A stretch of 63,360 bases of DNA, the filler included, from Porpidia crustulata (taxonomy: Eukaryota), in NCBI GenBank assembly GCA_964255105.1. It is 10 parts of 10 records of this genome, joined end to end, with 100 filler letters (N's around TTAATTAATTAA, not from the genome) between each part and the next. Parts side by side here need not be neighbours in the genome. Positions count along the whole stretch, not along the records: positions 6,363 to 12,622 come from CAXUWE010001594.1; positions 12,723 to 18,975 come from CAXUWE010001595.1; positions 19,076 to 25,323 come from CAXUWE010001596.1; positions 25,424 to 31,667 come from CAXUWE010001597.1; 6 more parts are not named here. The stretch is one strand, 5' to 3'. The position numbers and the translations under genes are program-made. This document shows, one piece after another, positions 11,692 to 25,497 of this stretch (position 1 is its first letter; every line of letters begins with the position of its first letter). The notes below the pieces were generated by a model, which was not told where the DNA came from, searched no databases, and worked only from the letters and a program-made list of their open reading frames with translations.

Positions 11692-12622
11692 CTGGGTCTT
11701 TTACTTCGGAGCTGTTCTCTTCGGTCTTCTATGTCATGATTATACCAGGTAAGTGGATATCTATCTAATGAGCATCACCTCAGCCTCATTCAATTTAGAA
11801 TTCCAGATTTTGGATTTTAATTATTTTATCTCATTCCTCGTTCTAGAACATGCAGATATATCACATATACATCTACCCCAAACTTAGGCTTAAAGATTGC
11901 CGTTTCGGTATGGGAAAAGAAGAGACAGGAACAGTATGTCTGACCAGTGAGACAAGTGTATTCTCAAAGTCTATTTTCTCTTCTTGATTTTACAATTACG
12001 CTGACTTGTTCGTTCTCGTTGTCGCCGTCTTGGAACGCAGATGTGAGAGTATTTATCTCCGCTTCTCTTGATATCAGAGGCGGAGAGGAGTTGGTTCTAT
12101 TCTCTCAGGAACGTAGTAGGATCTTAGATCGTCAACGGGCCTGCTAGGCAGTTATGCAGTAGCTCACTTGACTGGCGTGGTGGTTATCTAAGTTCACCTG
12201 GAACCCCCTATCGTTTTAAGACAAGATAGAGCTTAGGATCGAAATTGCTGCGTGATCTGATGAGCGTACAACATAGAAACGATGTAGAAAAAGATGTTAA
12301 TCGCCTATACAGCTTCGAAGCGATTAGATATATATGACAAGTACACGATTCAAGAACCTGCAATTTCGAGATTCATTCGTAGAGGGATTTTTCGAATAGA
12401 ACCCGAAAATTTGAAAGCCACGCTCTATCTCGCTCCACACAGACACTCCAGATGCTTATGAATAAACACTAAATTGTTCCACCACAATTTACGTCCCATC
12501 TCTTCCCTTCGTTACCGTCCCTCTTCCTTCTCCCATCTAGCTCCACAATTCACGATGAGCTCCTCCGCAATCCCTCCAACCAACTCCGACCCCGCATCCT
12601 CCGTCACTCCCCCCTCCACCTC

Positions 12623-12722
12623 NNNNNNNNNNNNNNNNNNNNNNNNNNNNNNNNNNNNNNNNNNNNTTAATTAATTAANNNNNNNNNNNNNNNNNNNNNN
12701 NNNNNNNNNNNNNNNNNNNNNN
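12623..12722. other. artificial contig linker
   Basis: N44-TTAATTAATTAA-N44. Confidence 0.99.
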
Positions 12723-12833
12723 TTAACTAGGCCTTCCAGAATGATGCACTACCAACTGCACCACTCCCCCGTCGGTTCAAAGGTATCTTTCAGTCATACT
12801 AGTCCTATCTTGTCGTCGATATACCCGTCTGGC

Positions 12834-13381
12834 TCATAGAGATGTTGCCACCTTGAAGAACTTCAGAATCATACCAAGATCTCTGCCGTTGTTTGGCCTT
12901 GGAAAAACAATACACTTATTAATAGAATTGCCGTCAGCAGAAACACATTCAATAAGAGAAGTCCATTCATAATTGCCAGGCTGAGTCGTTGACGCTGGCG
13001 ATTCGTACTTTGAGATCATACATTTGACATCGGTGACGACTCCTTGCATACACCCCTCCTCATCTATATTCCACATATTCTCAATCTATATATTGCAGTT
13101 CTCTTTCTATTTCTAGACGATATTAAACCAGCTCAAAATTTCGAAATTCTCAGCACTAGCACGTTCTTTAGATAGTTCGTTTTGAGCTCTGGATGGCGGG
13201 CCTGAAATCGCTCTGTGTAACGAATTCCCACAGGATCGTTATACCCTCTAATTAGCAGAAGCTACTCTATCATAAAAGCCACTTGCTCAATCCTCGCTAG
13301 CCACTCCCATCTTTGTTATTGTTTCACATGCTCACATAATACCCCCTCTTCAATTGGACTCAGTCTCTGACATTCTTCATG
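12834..13381 (-). mobile_element. degenerate Fot1/pogo (Tc1/mariner superfamily) transposase relic
   Basis: HEECQRLSPIEEGVL (CENP-B-like HTH region), ERASAE...WF, MWNIDEEGCMQGV (cf. IYNFDETGF) and QPGNYEWTSLIECVSADG (cf. QPGNREWVTVIECI); several in-frame stops. Confidence 0.82.
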
Positions 13382-14991
13382 TTAAAACTGTACAGAACGA
13401 TTACTGTGGATACGATTGTTCGGTGTACTGATGGAGACTCCGGGCCTCAATACAGTAGATCTTTGGGAGCGGGTTTCCCATCCTCGGCTTGAGAGCGATT
13501 CCAGCGCTCTAGAGCGTTTTATATGTGCTGAAGTAACAGTGTATCTTCGAGATCAGAGTCTGACGGGTCTGTAGATTTAGCTTTAGCATTGCCTTTGCCC
13601 ATAAGATATTATTCTGTGGTATTTGAGAATTAAGAGCTAAAAATTGACAAAGTTTGTGTGGAATCTTGGCATAGGGCTGTCCGGAGTAACGGTTTGTCCA
13701 GAGTGCCCGTCAGCCCTGGTGCCCTGCTAGTAATTTTTGGAAGCATAAGCGACGCCCCACCAAATTTTTTATCAACTCCTCGTATGCCATCCAAATTAGA
13801 TATTTATGCTGAATACAATATTTTGTCATGATCTCTTCGTCGGACATTACTGTCTCTACTTGATCATGCCTGAAATTGGTTATTTTATTGATATACATCT
13901 GATTGAGTATTGCTTGTACTAGTCTTGCATCATACAATTTGGTAGGGCGTCGCTTATGCTTCCATTTTTTTCCCCAACAGGGTGGCAGGGTAGGTACAGC
14001 CCGATTTCAGAACGAGGGCCAGGATTTGTATGTATTGCATCAGACGCTCTTGCTAGAAGGATAGTAGGGCCTCATTGCATTTTACGAGCCCTACTACTAG
14101 ACATTCTTATCCCGTTGCTAGTCCCTGATTTCCGTGCTACTACTTTCTGTGTTGTACGTTATCAAATGCCTTACTCCATTATTTCGTCGTCATTGGATAC
14201 AGCAGCCTTCGGGCCCAAGAGACATAGACTGCTCGCCCTGCTCGCATAGTCCACTGGGCATCCACACGTCTCCCTTATGTCTGCTAGCGGATCGAATGCT
14301 GCCCGGCTCTCTCTTCTAGAGGAAAAGAAGCAGAACGTAAATGATTGCTTTGAATAAGGCTACGCTACTTAAGGAGCTATCAATAACGGCCGCTCCTTCC
14401 GTTCTATGCTCCAAATCTTTTACAAAAGAAAAGGAATAGAAAAGGTCTCGAGAGTGCGTGCCAGGATACTTCCATCATTCAACCCTATCGTCGACTTTGC
14501 TAGGGCAGCTAGCGAATCTGCTCTAGACCTGCAGGGTTTGGCGCCTAATCATACACTCGAGAGTCTCGGTTGGTGGATATCGTTCGCACTCATAGAGGTG
14601 AGCAGCCTCGTGTCGAGGCCTTACATCGCTGAGCATAGTACAGTATGGGTGGGAAGCGGAAAAAGAGCTTGATTCTCTCATCACATTGGTGACCGAGCTC
14701 AACAATAGGGTACTGTCGTTTTCATCTCCTATGCAGTTCCCGCACGAGAAACGAGTGCAGAAGCATCTGCAAGAAGTGTACCGTCTATTCATCGACGCAC
14801 ATGTATCTATAGCATCCTAATTCAAGCATAAAGACTCCCGTGAATGGAACAAATGCGCACATCTCAATACTATTGAGGCTGACTGATTTTCTACAGCGAA
14901 AGATGTTGACCCTACGAGAAATAAAGAGCTTAGAACCTACATCAGTGATACAGCGACACGGCTCGAGGAGGTAAGAGGTAGACACGAGATT

Positions 14992-15880
14992 GTGGTAGAC
15001 CAAGTGAAAGCCGATGAAGAAAGGGAAAGATACAGCAAAGAACAACCGAGTCTCAACGCACAACGTAATTCAGAGGTGTTGGTACGGTTTCAGTCGCAGA
15101 GATCATTGGGACACGGATCATACGGTACTGTGGAAGAGGTCCGGGAGAAGTCCACAGGCGACGCGTACGCCCGAAAACACATCTCTCTCAAAGACGGCAA
15201 CGATAAAGCTCCAAACGTTATCGAGAACGAAGTAAAGAACGACTTTGCTATAATGTAAAACTCAGCCATCTCCACATCGCAAGAGTACTATTTTACGTGA
15301 AAGAAGACGAGGCGTATAGCATTTTCATGCTGTCAGTAGCAGATTACGATCTACGGAAGTACCTAAGCATCTGTATAAGAGACATTTGTCCGTCAAGGCT
15401 AACTAAGAATATATTCCCTTGGTTTGGTTGCCTCCCCGATGCGCTCGCGGACGCTCACAAATTGGGCATCAGACATCAAGACATCAAGCCTTCGAACATT
15501 TGGATCAACAATGAACAACCCTATCTATGCGATTTTGGGCTTGCCGAAGACGTCACCGAGCTAAATACAAACAAATCTCGTGGCAATAAGGTGCAAAGAA
15601 CGCCTGTATATCGTGCGTCAGAAGTTGTGCCAAAAAAAGAACGTGGCCGCAAGGCCGAGGTTTTTGCTCTGGGCTGCGTACACTCGGAGATGCTCACCGT
15701 CACTCCAAAAATCTCGTTAGAAGAATATCGCGATGCGCGGTAAGAAGAAGGCTCGACTGCCTTCCGTGATTGTCTGCCCAAGCTGGAAAGGTGGCGGAAA
15801 AGGTTCGAAGGCCAGGAAGGAAAGCCCTTAATCAACATCTTGGTGGACCGAATATTGAGCACCAAGCTCCAGCGGCCTAA
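14992..15880 (+). pseudogene. Ser/Thr protein kinase, disrupted
   Basis: LGHGSYGTV, YARK, IRHQDIKPSNI, LCDFGLA, EVFALGCV; stop plus frameshift at ~15256 and TAA at 15741-15743; degraded APE motif (RASE). Upstream exons from ~14150 are uncertain. Confidence 0.85.
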
Positions 15881-16884
15881 TGTCTAGCGCTGCATAAAGG
15901 CACGGTCTCCGACCGAAAATGTGCGCCCTATTCTGGAGGCCGCGACAGTCCAGCTCGTTGGATTCGCTGCATTTTGAATAATCATCTTTGTCGAAGTCAC
16001 AACAAATGTGGGGCTCCCAAGCTGCAGATATTCAAGGCCTCTTCAAGATGCCAATGAGACCTCCAGCCGTTGATTGTAGATCTAGTTTTTTGTATTGATA
16101 CCCTACTACGAACAACAAAGGCCTAAAAACGTGAAGTAAAGACAAGAACTTGTCGGAGCCTTTTAATTCCTAGAGAAGAAATGCGCCTTTGCTTGCGCAC
16201 ACAGTGAGGTAGTGCAAATTCAGGCCCTGGATCAAAGCCATACCGCCTTCACAGCCTCCAGACCCCCCAAACGACAGTATTGAAGTCAAAAATTATGCTA
16301 TCAAAAGACAAAGTTTACTTCCTGCGATATGGTGAGGGATATTCATGAAAGCCTTGCGCCCTACCGACCATCACTCTCGTGGCACTTTGCAGGCGAGTGG
16401 AGAAAGGGAGAGGTGAGAGACCAAGATGGAAGCAGCGAGGAGAACCCACGGTATTTGGTGAGTGTCGGAATATCTCAGGACTCGTTGACCGAGACGGAGT
16501 GATGTTCATCTGCTCGCAATAGGTTCGTGAGGAGGATACTCGGCATGTTCATAAGATCCCAGGCTGTGATTTGAGGAAGCGTGGGGGTGCTTAATTGCGA
16601 TGAGGTAGGCCTTAGAACTTGAGCACGATAGGGAGCCATGAGGCTCTTGCTTGCTGACTGAAATGTGAAGTTGGCAAGGAGTGGGGCGTCAGCGTTAGGC
16701 AATAATTATTAATGACTACCTTTCTAGATCAAGCGGTGAATACTACATTGACTAATGCTGTACTGTACAGACCCACATCACTCTTATCGCCATTAATTTT
16801 GACGGACATCTACGATTGTTCCATTTCCTTGATATTTATATATCCCGCTTTGGCTTTGGCTTTAGCTTTGCGTTCGTGCCCGAG

Positions 16885-18012
16885 ATGCCTCGTACAATCG
16901 CCGTCATGGGGGGCGATACCCAGGACATGGTAACGATTACGGAACGCCTGCCCGACAATGGCGAGACCGTCACCTCGAGCTCCTTTACCATGTCTCCAGG
17001 CGGCAGAGGCGCCAGTTCCACCGTTGCTGTGTACCGTCTAACTCGCCCAAACCCTAAGAACGCCATCGAAAACCACGAACTAGCTTTGACCGAGGACGTT
17101 TAGGTACGTATAGTTGGCGCGGTCGGTCAAGATGAGTTTGGTCCCGCGCTCAAAGAGAACCTATATGCCTGCGGTGTAAACGCGGATGGTGTCCGTGTCG
17201 TCGAAGGTCGGAATGGGATCGCCGTCACCCTTATGGAGGAAAAGACTGGGGCCAATCGTATTATGCAATTCCCCGGCGCGGCCTATAAGTTGGAGCCGAC
17301 GGAATTCATGACGCTGGAAAGCCTGGGAGGTGGTGTAGCGCCTGACCTTGTCATCGCCCAGCTCGAGATGCGACGCGATATCATTGAACAGGCGATTGAG
17401 ACGGTGTTTGTGAATCGGATCGAAGTACTGCTGAGTCCATCGCCCGCATTCTATCTCATGCCGGAGATTTATCCCATGATTACGCACCTAGTCATAAACG
17501 AGACTGAGGCAGTGTTGCTCTCCTCGATCAAGCCGGACGACATTGTAGATCAGACAGGATGGACATCCGTAACTGAGTACTTTCAAAAACTTGGGGTGAA
17601 GAACATTGTCGTCACATTGGGTGAGAAAGGTGCCTATTATCTCAACGAGTGGGAGGCTGAGTATATCGAGGCAGAGAAGAATGTGAGGATCGTGGATACA
17701 GCCGGTGCAGGGTGCGTACCCCTATTCGTCTGCAGGAATTCTTGTTGCGGCGACCCTCTCTCCGATTGTAGACTCTAACATTGGCATAATAGTGATAGCT
17801 TTGTTGGTGGGTACACAGCTTCGTACATGTCACAGAAGCTTCAATTATCAGAAGGGGGCAGATGGGACATCAAGGTTGCCATGAAAAACGGTTGCAAAGC
17901 AGCAGCACGTATCATTGAGCATGTAGGCTGTCTAAACCTAATCTGTGGGGCTGATGAAGTCGACATCCCTGGGTATACCAAGAAAGTAGAGCACGCGCCG
18001 ATTATAGCATGA
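16885..18012 (+). pseudogene. ribokinase (PfkB family) with one in-frame TAG
   Basis: LPDNGET, PGGRGA, VGAVGQDEFG, LVINETEA, VVTLGEKGA, VDTAGAG|DSFVGG across intron 17712-17792; single TAG at 17101-17103 with the frame otherwise continuous. Confidence 0.82.
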
Positions 18013-18310
18013 TTCCATGCCAAAGCCTAAGTTGGGTAGACAGCCCGCATGAGTCGCTCCTAGCAACGTATAAGGACGATTTCCAGGCCCCCAAAAATCC
18101 TATCAACTCCTCGCTGAATATTCACAATATCGTCATTCACTCTACACAAAACAGTGAACACTCGCGATACAGAAATTTCACTGCTTGTTCCGCGCTTTGC
18201 CTTTGGTCAGGGTTTGCGTTGATCAAAATCCTTACGAAAATCATCTTGGGTACTTTTCACTCCGAAGCAGCGCCATGTGGTACATAAATCATTCATATTG
18301 ACGTCTCTTC

Positions 18311-18745
18311 TTGTGGCTAAGATCAATCACTGTTCAAGAGCGGATATTCGGGCAAAGTCTCCTCTCTAGATCGATGTACTCTATCAAGGGATATGATATC
18401 GCGTTGGCGACGGCATCATACGAATTCTGCTCATTCAGATCAGAATGCGCAATATTTCTTCTGGCGAAGTGGAGTGAACACCGCTTGAGTCTTTCCTTGC
18501 ATTTTCGCAACTGTCTTTCCCACGCATGATACCTTGGGAAGCCGAAGCTGTCCATCTGACTTTATGCGGCGGTATCGATGCTCTGAAAGTGTTATTTTCT
18601 TCGGGTACTGCAAGCGCTTTTGACGTACTTCCGAATGGTTCGACCCTTCTACACGTACGTTTTTTTAGTGTCGCCCATGAAGCTTGTCTGACGTCGATCA
18701 AGCTCGCTGCATCGTACATTCATTACGATACGGTCAAGTTCCGAA
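18311..18745 (+). pseudogene. fragment of a fungal ankyrin-containing protein
   Basis: GIDALKVLFSSGTASAFDVLPNGSTLLH|intron|LAASY resembles the GxASPFDVxxxGxTLLH pre-ankyrin motif; flanking frames are broken. Confidence 0.5.
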
Positions 18746-18975
18746 GCGTGATGCTATGTCCGGTTTTTTTGGCTCCGGTATATTCAGGTGTCTCAGCCAG
18801 CAGCAGACTTTGGAGCATTTTAAGATGCAAAGAAAATGCTTGAAACCGAGTAGCTGTAGCTGAAGTAGAGGTGGAAGTGAAAGTGATCTGAAATTGAACT
18901 GGCGAGTTCAAATTTGGAATATCTGGGGATGCGGAGATGAGTGGTGGTGGTGGTGGTTAAGACCCTTGTAGGAGG

Positions 18976-19075
18976 NNNNNNNNNNNNNNNNNNNNNNNNN
19001 NNNNNNNNNNNNNNNNNNNTTAATTAATTAANNNNNNNNNNNNNNNNNNNNNNNNNNNNNNNNNNNNNNNNNNNN
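18976..19075. other. artificial contig linker
   Basis: N44-TTAATTAATTAA-N44. Confidence 0.99.
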
Positions 19076-20189
19076 GTATTGGACGACACGGGGTCTATTG
19101 ATCAAGGAGATTTCCTTGTAAATTTATTGTTGGCATCTGTGAGCGGGAATTTCGTGATGATGTGTGGCGGTTGTTGGTCATATTGGCGCAGGTAGCGATC
19201 GTGAAGAAAAAAAAATAAGGAATCGATATCTGACATTGTTTCGGCTTATTTCATCTTCGGATCATTGGATAGCATTACAGATAGCTTAGAGGGCGAGTAA
19301 GCTGGACGGTGAGGCGGTTGGTTGGCTGATTGGGCGGATGGCAATACCAACGATTGATCGAATAAGAAAAACGGCAGGGTCATGCCTTGGATGGATGGAG
19401 TCCAGATGGATAATGGTTTGCAGCGCCCATGTCCGCGCGTGATAGAGGGATTGAATATCCATAGATAAGAAGAGTTTAGCTCATGAGCAGGGGCGCAACA
19501 GGCAGCGTCGTTTTGCCGGGACTAAGCGAAAAAAGAATGGGGACGACTGGGTTTTATATAAATAATGACGGTGAAGAAGAATATAATTGAGGGAATGTGG
19601 CTAGCTCTACCGGGATTCTGCGTCTATCGTAGGGTAGTAGCAGGATAAAAAGGGATGAGATTCGACACGAGTTTCCAGATCTTCATGATTGCCTGTTAAA
19701 GCTTTACTTGAGGGATTATTTCTAGCGGGGCGAACTTTCCTGCCGCAAAGCTTGATTTCCCGCACATTTGGGTTAGGAACATTTAGATGGGCATTTTGTT
19801 GTGGCGTGGTGGTGTCGTCTTGGCCGCCTCCTAACCTTGGTGCCTTGGAGTCCCGGATTAGGATATTTTGGGGAATTTTCAAGATTTGGTAAGTTGAAAG
19901 TTAAGGAATGCAGACATCTCAATCATCAGGTGTGGTCTCGCATGTTATTTCTATAGTCAGATAACTTGAAGGCAATATGTTTGTCCCTGCCACTCTGTCA
20001 GGGACGAGATACCCGTCGAGTAAGCGGCGCTTGTCCTCGAATAGGCATCAAGCGCAAGCACGCCATTTGTAACGAGAAATTCTTGATGTTACCCATTGCT
20101 TCAACAAATGATGTCGCCCTCACTTGGTGCAAAGCTTGTACGGGCCCTCGAAAACAACAGCTTGACAGATACAGGAAGACAGCCAAGGC

Positions 20190-21797
20190 ATGTCCGTCAC
20201 CCGAGGCGCCAGTGCAGCTGCTCGAATCGCATCAAGTAGCATCCAAAGATCAGCCATTAGGTCTCAGTTTGTTTGCCTGAACCGCCAGCTAGTTCCTTCA
20301 TCTTTTCGCTATCAAAAACCTACGCAATCTCGTAGCCTCCATTTTGGAAGCGCACGAACCGCCCAGGCAGCTGTAGGACACGCGGAGGATAAGAATCCCG
20401 AGCAGACTCTCAATTCGTCAAACCCTGCGCTTTCATTCCCATGCCTCGATGCCCAAGAAGCAAAAACGGCATCGCTTTCCTCTCGATCCCTCTCCTCCGG
20501 CCCTGAGCCTTCTTATAATACTGGGCATCACCAAAGTTGGCATTCGCAGGAGCCCTTGCTGCTTGATTGGGGAGGAGTGCTACCTGAATTCAGTGTCGCA
20601 TACGAAACTTGGGGCAACCTGAACGACAGTAAAAGCAATGCCATACTCCTACATACAGGCCTCTCGGCTTCAAGTCATGCACACAGCACAGAGATGAACC
20701 CTAAGCCAGGGTGGTGGGAAAAGTTCATTGGTCCTGGTGCTTCGCTGGACACGAACAAATACTTCGTCATTTGTACGAACGTTATAGGAGGATGTTATGG
20801 CAGTACAGGCCCTGCATCAGTTGATCCGGCCAATGGTCAAAGATATGCTACACGATTTCCGATCCTCACGATGGAGGACATGGTACGAGCACAGTTCAGG
20901 TTACTAGACGCTTTCGGAATTGAGAGACTATACGCAAGTGTTGGTTCGAGTATGGGGGGGATGCAAAGTCTCGCTGCCGGAGCCCTTTTCCCGGAAAGAA
21001 TAGGCAGGATTGCTAGTGTTAGTGGTTGTGCTCGGAGCCATCCGTACAGCATTGCTATGAGGCACACTCAGCGCCAGGTACTGATGATGGATCCCAACTG
21101 GTCTCGTGGGTTTTATTACGACAGTATACCTCCTCATGCTGGAATGAAGCTTGCTCGAGAAATTGCTACAGTAACCTACCGAAGCGGGCCCGAGTGGGAG
21201 CAGCGGTTTGGACGACAAAGGGCAGACCCGAGCAGACAGCCTGCGCTATGTCCGGATTTCTTGATCGAAACTTACCTCGACCATGCGGGCGAGAAATTCT
21301 GTCTGGAATATGATGCGAACAGTCTGCTCTATGTTTCAAAAGCCATGGATCTCTTTGATCTTGGCCGTGAACATCAGATGGAAATGTCTCGGCGACGGCA
21401 GGAAAATAAGTCCAAGCTCTCATCTGGAGAACGCGATGATTCAAAGGACCAGTCCTGCAACCTGACTTTACCGGATAGGCCGTATGAAGAGCAGGCGTCT
21501 GAATCAACCTCGCAATCCTTTTCGGAGCCTGTGGCTGCCACTTCAAGCACCCCGCCGGCCGATCTTATTGCCGGTCTTGCTCCGCTCCGCAATCATCCCA
21601 CACTCGTGATGGGAGTTGCCAGCGACATATTGTTCCCGGCATGGCAGCAGCGAGAAATCGCAGAGACACTAAGGGCAGGCGGCAACCGGTCTGTCACACA
21701 TATTGAATTGGGGGAAGATACGTCATTATTCGGACACGATACGTTCTTGTTAGATCTGAAACATATTGGGGGCAACATTCGGAGTTTCTTGGGGTAG
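20190..21797 (+). CDS. cysA: serine O-succinyltransferase (MetX/homoserine acetyltransferase-like alpha/beta hydrolase; Cys2/CysA type), probably mitochondrial
   Basis: 535-aa intronless ORF; Arg/Ser-rich presequence, [34 protein letters not shown] nucleophile motif, GHDTFLLD. Confidence 0.9.
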   Translation: MSVTRGASAAARIASSSIQRSAIRSQFVCLNRQLVPSSFRYQKPTQSRSLHFGSARTAQAAVGHAEDKNPEQTLNSSNPALSFPCLDAQEAKTASLSSRSLSSGPEPSYNTGHHQSWHSQEPLLLDWGGVLPEFSVAYETWGNLNDSKSNAILLHTGLSASSHAHSTEMNPKPGWWEKFIGPGASLDTNKYFVICTNVIGGCYGSTGPASVDPANGQRYATRFPILTMEDMVRAQFRLLDAFGIERLYASVGSSMGGMQSLAAGALFPERIGRIASVSGCARSHPYSIAMRHTQRQVLMMDPNWSRGFYYDSIPPHAGMKLAREIATVTYRSGPEWEQRFGRQRADPSRQPALCPDFLIETYLDHAGEKFCLEYDANSLLYVSKAMDLFDLGREHQMEMSRRRQENKSKLSSGERDDSKDQSCNLTLPDRPYEEQASESTSQSFSEPVAATSSTPPADLIAGLAPLRNHPTLVMGVASDILFPAWQQREIAETLRAGGNRSVTHIELGEDTSLFGHDTFLLDLKHIGGNIRSFLG

Positions 21798-23417
21798 ATG
21801 GTAGCCCCCACAGCGAAGCGACAATTGAGCAGGGCGTTCAGGGATTAAGGCTGGCTCGGATTTGGGGTTGTACAATCGCTATCACGATCAACCAAAGACA
21901 AAGGCGAAGATGGAGTAGATAATGATCGAGCGAGCATATGGTGGTTGGGATATGGACAGCTTTGGGCTGCATAGGAAGCTGCGAGCTTATCTCTCACCAT
22001 GCGCCGGTTTGAATATACTTTTGCAGCGATGCACCCAAGCCCCGCTGTTGACAACAGTGATTTGTTTGATAACAGGGTATCGGATCATTGTCTGTGGGAA
22101 ACCGCATCCTCTCGCATCCATTGATGAGGTCATAGTGAAGCCCGGTGGCCGATATATGCTCTGGAATCAACACTGGCGGAAATGATACGAATGACCGAAT
22201 GTACCGTGGATCTTGTGGTGCAGCTCACGGTAAGGGATTTCAGGGTTCTACGGGTCTTGAACTTTACCCGGCGGTTCATCCTGCTAGTCGACTTTCCATC
22301 GACTAGTTTTTCCCACTCAACCACGGCGTCTTCCATCAAAAATTTGCGGGATATCGCTCAATACGCAGAAGAAAATCGCACCTGTGGATTCCTCCCATTG
22401 TAATTCGTGCAAAGGTGATAATACTTTACCCGAATGCGATGAAATGGCCGGAATTCCAAAGCATGAGGCTTATTAATATTGAATGTATCCCAGCATTTAT
22501 TGACCTTTTTAGGCCGGGAGCATTGCCTATCCCAGACAATATCCAACAGATCTTGGCTAGAGTACAAGATACATGCATGAGAATCGCTATCTCAACAGCT
22601 TCCTTGCTACTTCCTTGTTACTTAATGCATTGACTCGTAAATGCTGCGCGAATGCATAATCCATGATTACCCACTCCGACGATAATTCGTTCTTGAATTC
22701 TGCCCGTGCACAGGGGAAACCAATCTCCGCATGTGAATACAGCATACCTGCTCACTCCGTTCCACCACTCCGCCCTCTTTCTCAGCATATTAATTCATCC
22801 CTTGTGACCAGTAATTATCCATACAAGTCACCTTCCCCATCAAACCACCTGATCTTCTGCCTCACTCGCCCTTTTCGCTCATCTTCTCGGATGTCAATTC
22901 ATCGAGGAGTTTCACCAAAATAGAAGGCCGTAGTGGACAGGCTAGGGATCTTCGGATCTGCAGCGTTTGCTTTCCTTCTTCCTAGCCCCAACGCTTGCGT
23001 CAGCCCATCCCATTGGGGCCACTACCTATTTCTTGGCAACAAGAAAGTCGAACCTCTTCCACCAGCTTACGCACTCCTAGGGATTTATCCCAATAACCAC
23101 AGAACACTCCACGAGAGGCTCCTGCTTGACCTCAATCACCTTCAACCCTGTTGCCATTCAAGGTATCGCGGGATCTCATGTATCACGACTCTCTTTAACC
23201 TTTGGACTGCTTTACTTAGCGATCGCAGCTACCGAATTCTACTTCAGCTCAGGAAACCTCAGTCTGGAACTGTTGAACCCGCTGCCGACAAGATTGGTCC
23301 CTCAAAACTGACAGCAGTTTACCGCATCGCAAATTATCAATTGATTGTTGTCAAAACTGTCGTTCCTGAAGCCATCTGGCTCCGCCTAGGACGCGCGTAC
23401 GTGTCCTACCAGCAATA

Positions 23418-24617
23418 ATGCTTACCTTTCGAAAAGCTGCAATATTAGCAGCCTTCGTACTCACAACTGTCTATCTTCTCCACTCGTCACATGGCGCATC
23501 ACCTACAACACCACTCAAACCTACCGAAAGCCCAAAAGCTGATAGCATCCCACCTGCCAAAACGACTGGCCTTCCACAAATTACAAGACCCTACCCTCCG
23601 CCTCGCCAAAAAGGCGACGACAAGTCAAAAACGCAACAGCCGATGGTAGATCCTGGTAGTAAGGGTCTACGGCAAAATCTGCAATACCAGTTCCCCTACG
23701 ATATCGAATCCAAATTCCCGGCCTACATCTGGCAGACGTGGAAATATACACCCGCCTCGGGCGAGTTTGCGGATTCGTTCCGAACGGCAGAAGCAAGCTG
23801 GACTGAGCAGCATCCTGGCTTCGTTCATGAAGTTGTAACGGATAAATCAGCCGTGTACCTACTGCGACATCTCTACGCCTCGGTACCAGAAGTGCTCGAG
23901 GCTTACGAATCTCTTCCCTTAGCCATTCTGAAAGCGGATTTTTTCCGCTACCTCATACTACTGGCTCGTGGCGGCATCTATTCGGACATTGACACCACCG
24001 CCCTCAAATCTACGACCGAATGGCTGCCGAAGGAAGTTCCGCGATCGACGATTGGTCTCATCATTGGCATAGAAGCCGATCCAGATAGAGCAGATTGGCG
24101 TGACTGGTACTCCCGCCGAATACAGTTTTGTCAATGGACTATTCAGTCAAAACCAGGACACCCCGTTTTACGGAATATAGTTGCGCAGATTACGGAGGAT
24201 ACATTACGAATGAAGAAGCAGGGTATACTCAAGAATAAGAAGATGGACAAGAGTATTGTCGAGTTCACTGGTCCGGCAATGTGGACGGATACAATTTTCG
24301 CCTACTTGAATGACCCTACATACTTTAAGATGGATGGAAAGAATATTACCTGGGAAAGTTTTACGGGAATGGAGACTGCGAAGAAAGTGGGAGATGTTGT
24401 CGTTCTACCAATCACGAGTTTCAGTCCCGGAGTGCAACAGATGAATTCAAAAGAACCGGATGACCCGATGGCATTCGTCAAACATGACTTTGAAGGTACG
24501 TTTGTCTTGGATTAATTCGTGTATCAGCAACGGTTGTTGGATATCTCGAAACTAACAGATCAATTAGGGACCTGGAAACCTGAAAGTGAAAGGATCAAAC
24601 CCAGTAACAATCAATGA
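23418..24617 (+). CDS. och1: initiation-specific alpha-1,6-mannosyltransferase (GT32)
   Basis: N-terminal type II anchor, FPAYIWQTWK, KADFFRYLIL, GGIYSDID (DxD), QFCQWTIQ, PITSFSPG; intron 24496-24567 gives HDFEG|TWK; TGA 24615-24617. Confidence 0.95.
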
Positions 24618-25323
24618 GGCTCTTATCTCAGCCTATCCGCCAATCCCTTAGCATCACACATCCCGCCTCTGGAGCGTCCGGGTCCAACCCTCCTTCCCAT
24701 CGGATTCCTCAACACCACCATCATACCTCCTAACCTTGCTAGCTCACAAGCAACACGAACTTTTCTGCCACCGACATAGACGGACCGGTGGCCATACCCA
24801 GAGGAAAAAAACATAATGACACTAGAGCTACTTTCCGTCATCAAAAACCTTAACGACCATAGACAAACCCATTTCCATTCACGCGCAAATACATCCCGCA
24901 TATCAAGCTCTTTCTTTCTTCCTTCACCGACACAAAGTTTTCAAGGGCTGAATAACTTGTGGTTTTTTTTTGTTGAGAATCTTTTGTTTTTCTCAAAGTC
25001 GCAATTCGCCCGGCTGTTCCTTCAATCAAGTCACACGTGTTATCTTTGTGGAGGTCCTGGGTTTGGGGTGATGTAGGCGATTAGGGATAGGGATAGGGAG
25101 TATATATAAAGGCAATAAAAAAGGTCGAGGTTTTTCGGTCGGGCATACAAGAGATGTGGGGGGATGTGAGAAGCTTTGGTGATGGTGGTGGAGAGTGCAA
25201 AGGTATTCAGATCGTGACGGTCGCAAGCGTCGGAAGGATGTGCAACTTGCCTAACTGAGTTGATCGCTCGTTCCTAAATCGGACCTTTCGAGATATTCAA
25301 GATCTATGCCTCTTGTATCCAAC

Positions 25324-25423
25324 NNNNNNNNNNNNNNNNNNNNNNNNNNNNNNNNNNNNNNNNNNNNTTAATTAATTAANNNNNNNNNNNNNNNNNNNNN
25401 NNNNNNNNNNNNNNNNNNNNNNN
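25324..25423. other. artificial contig linker
   Basis: N44-TTAATTAATTAA-N44. Confidence 0.99.
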
Positions 25424-25497
25424 GTTCTTTTCTTCTCTATTGTTTGATTCAAACCTTTTGGGGGTGTCAGAGCAGCTAACAATGGTCTGAGGATTAG

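Noticed and set aside
13710..13937. Protein-like 75-aa ORF next to the pogo relic
   Set aside because: Could not be assigned to any family; flanked by stops; insufficient support.
22933..23418. 161-aa ORF directly upstream of och1
   Set aside because: Non-ATG start, no recognisable motif; more likely och1 promoter/5' UTR.
25081..25098. TTAGGG-like telomeric seed
   Set aside because: One TTAGGG followed by ATAGGG variants in a purine-rich 3' region; not an array.
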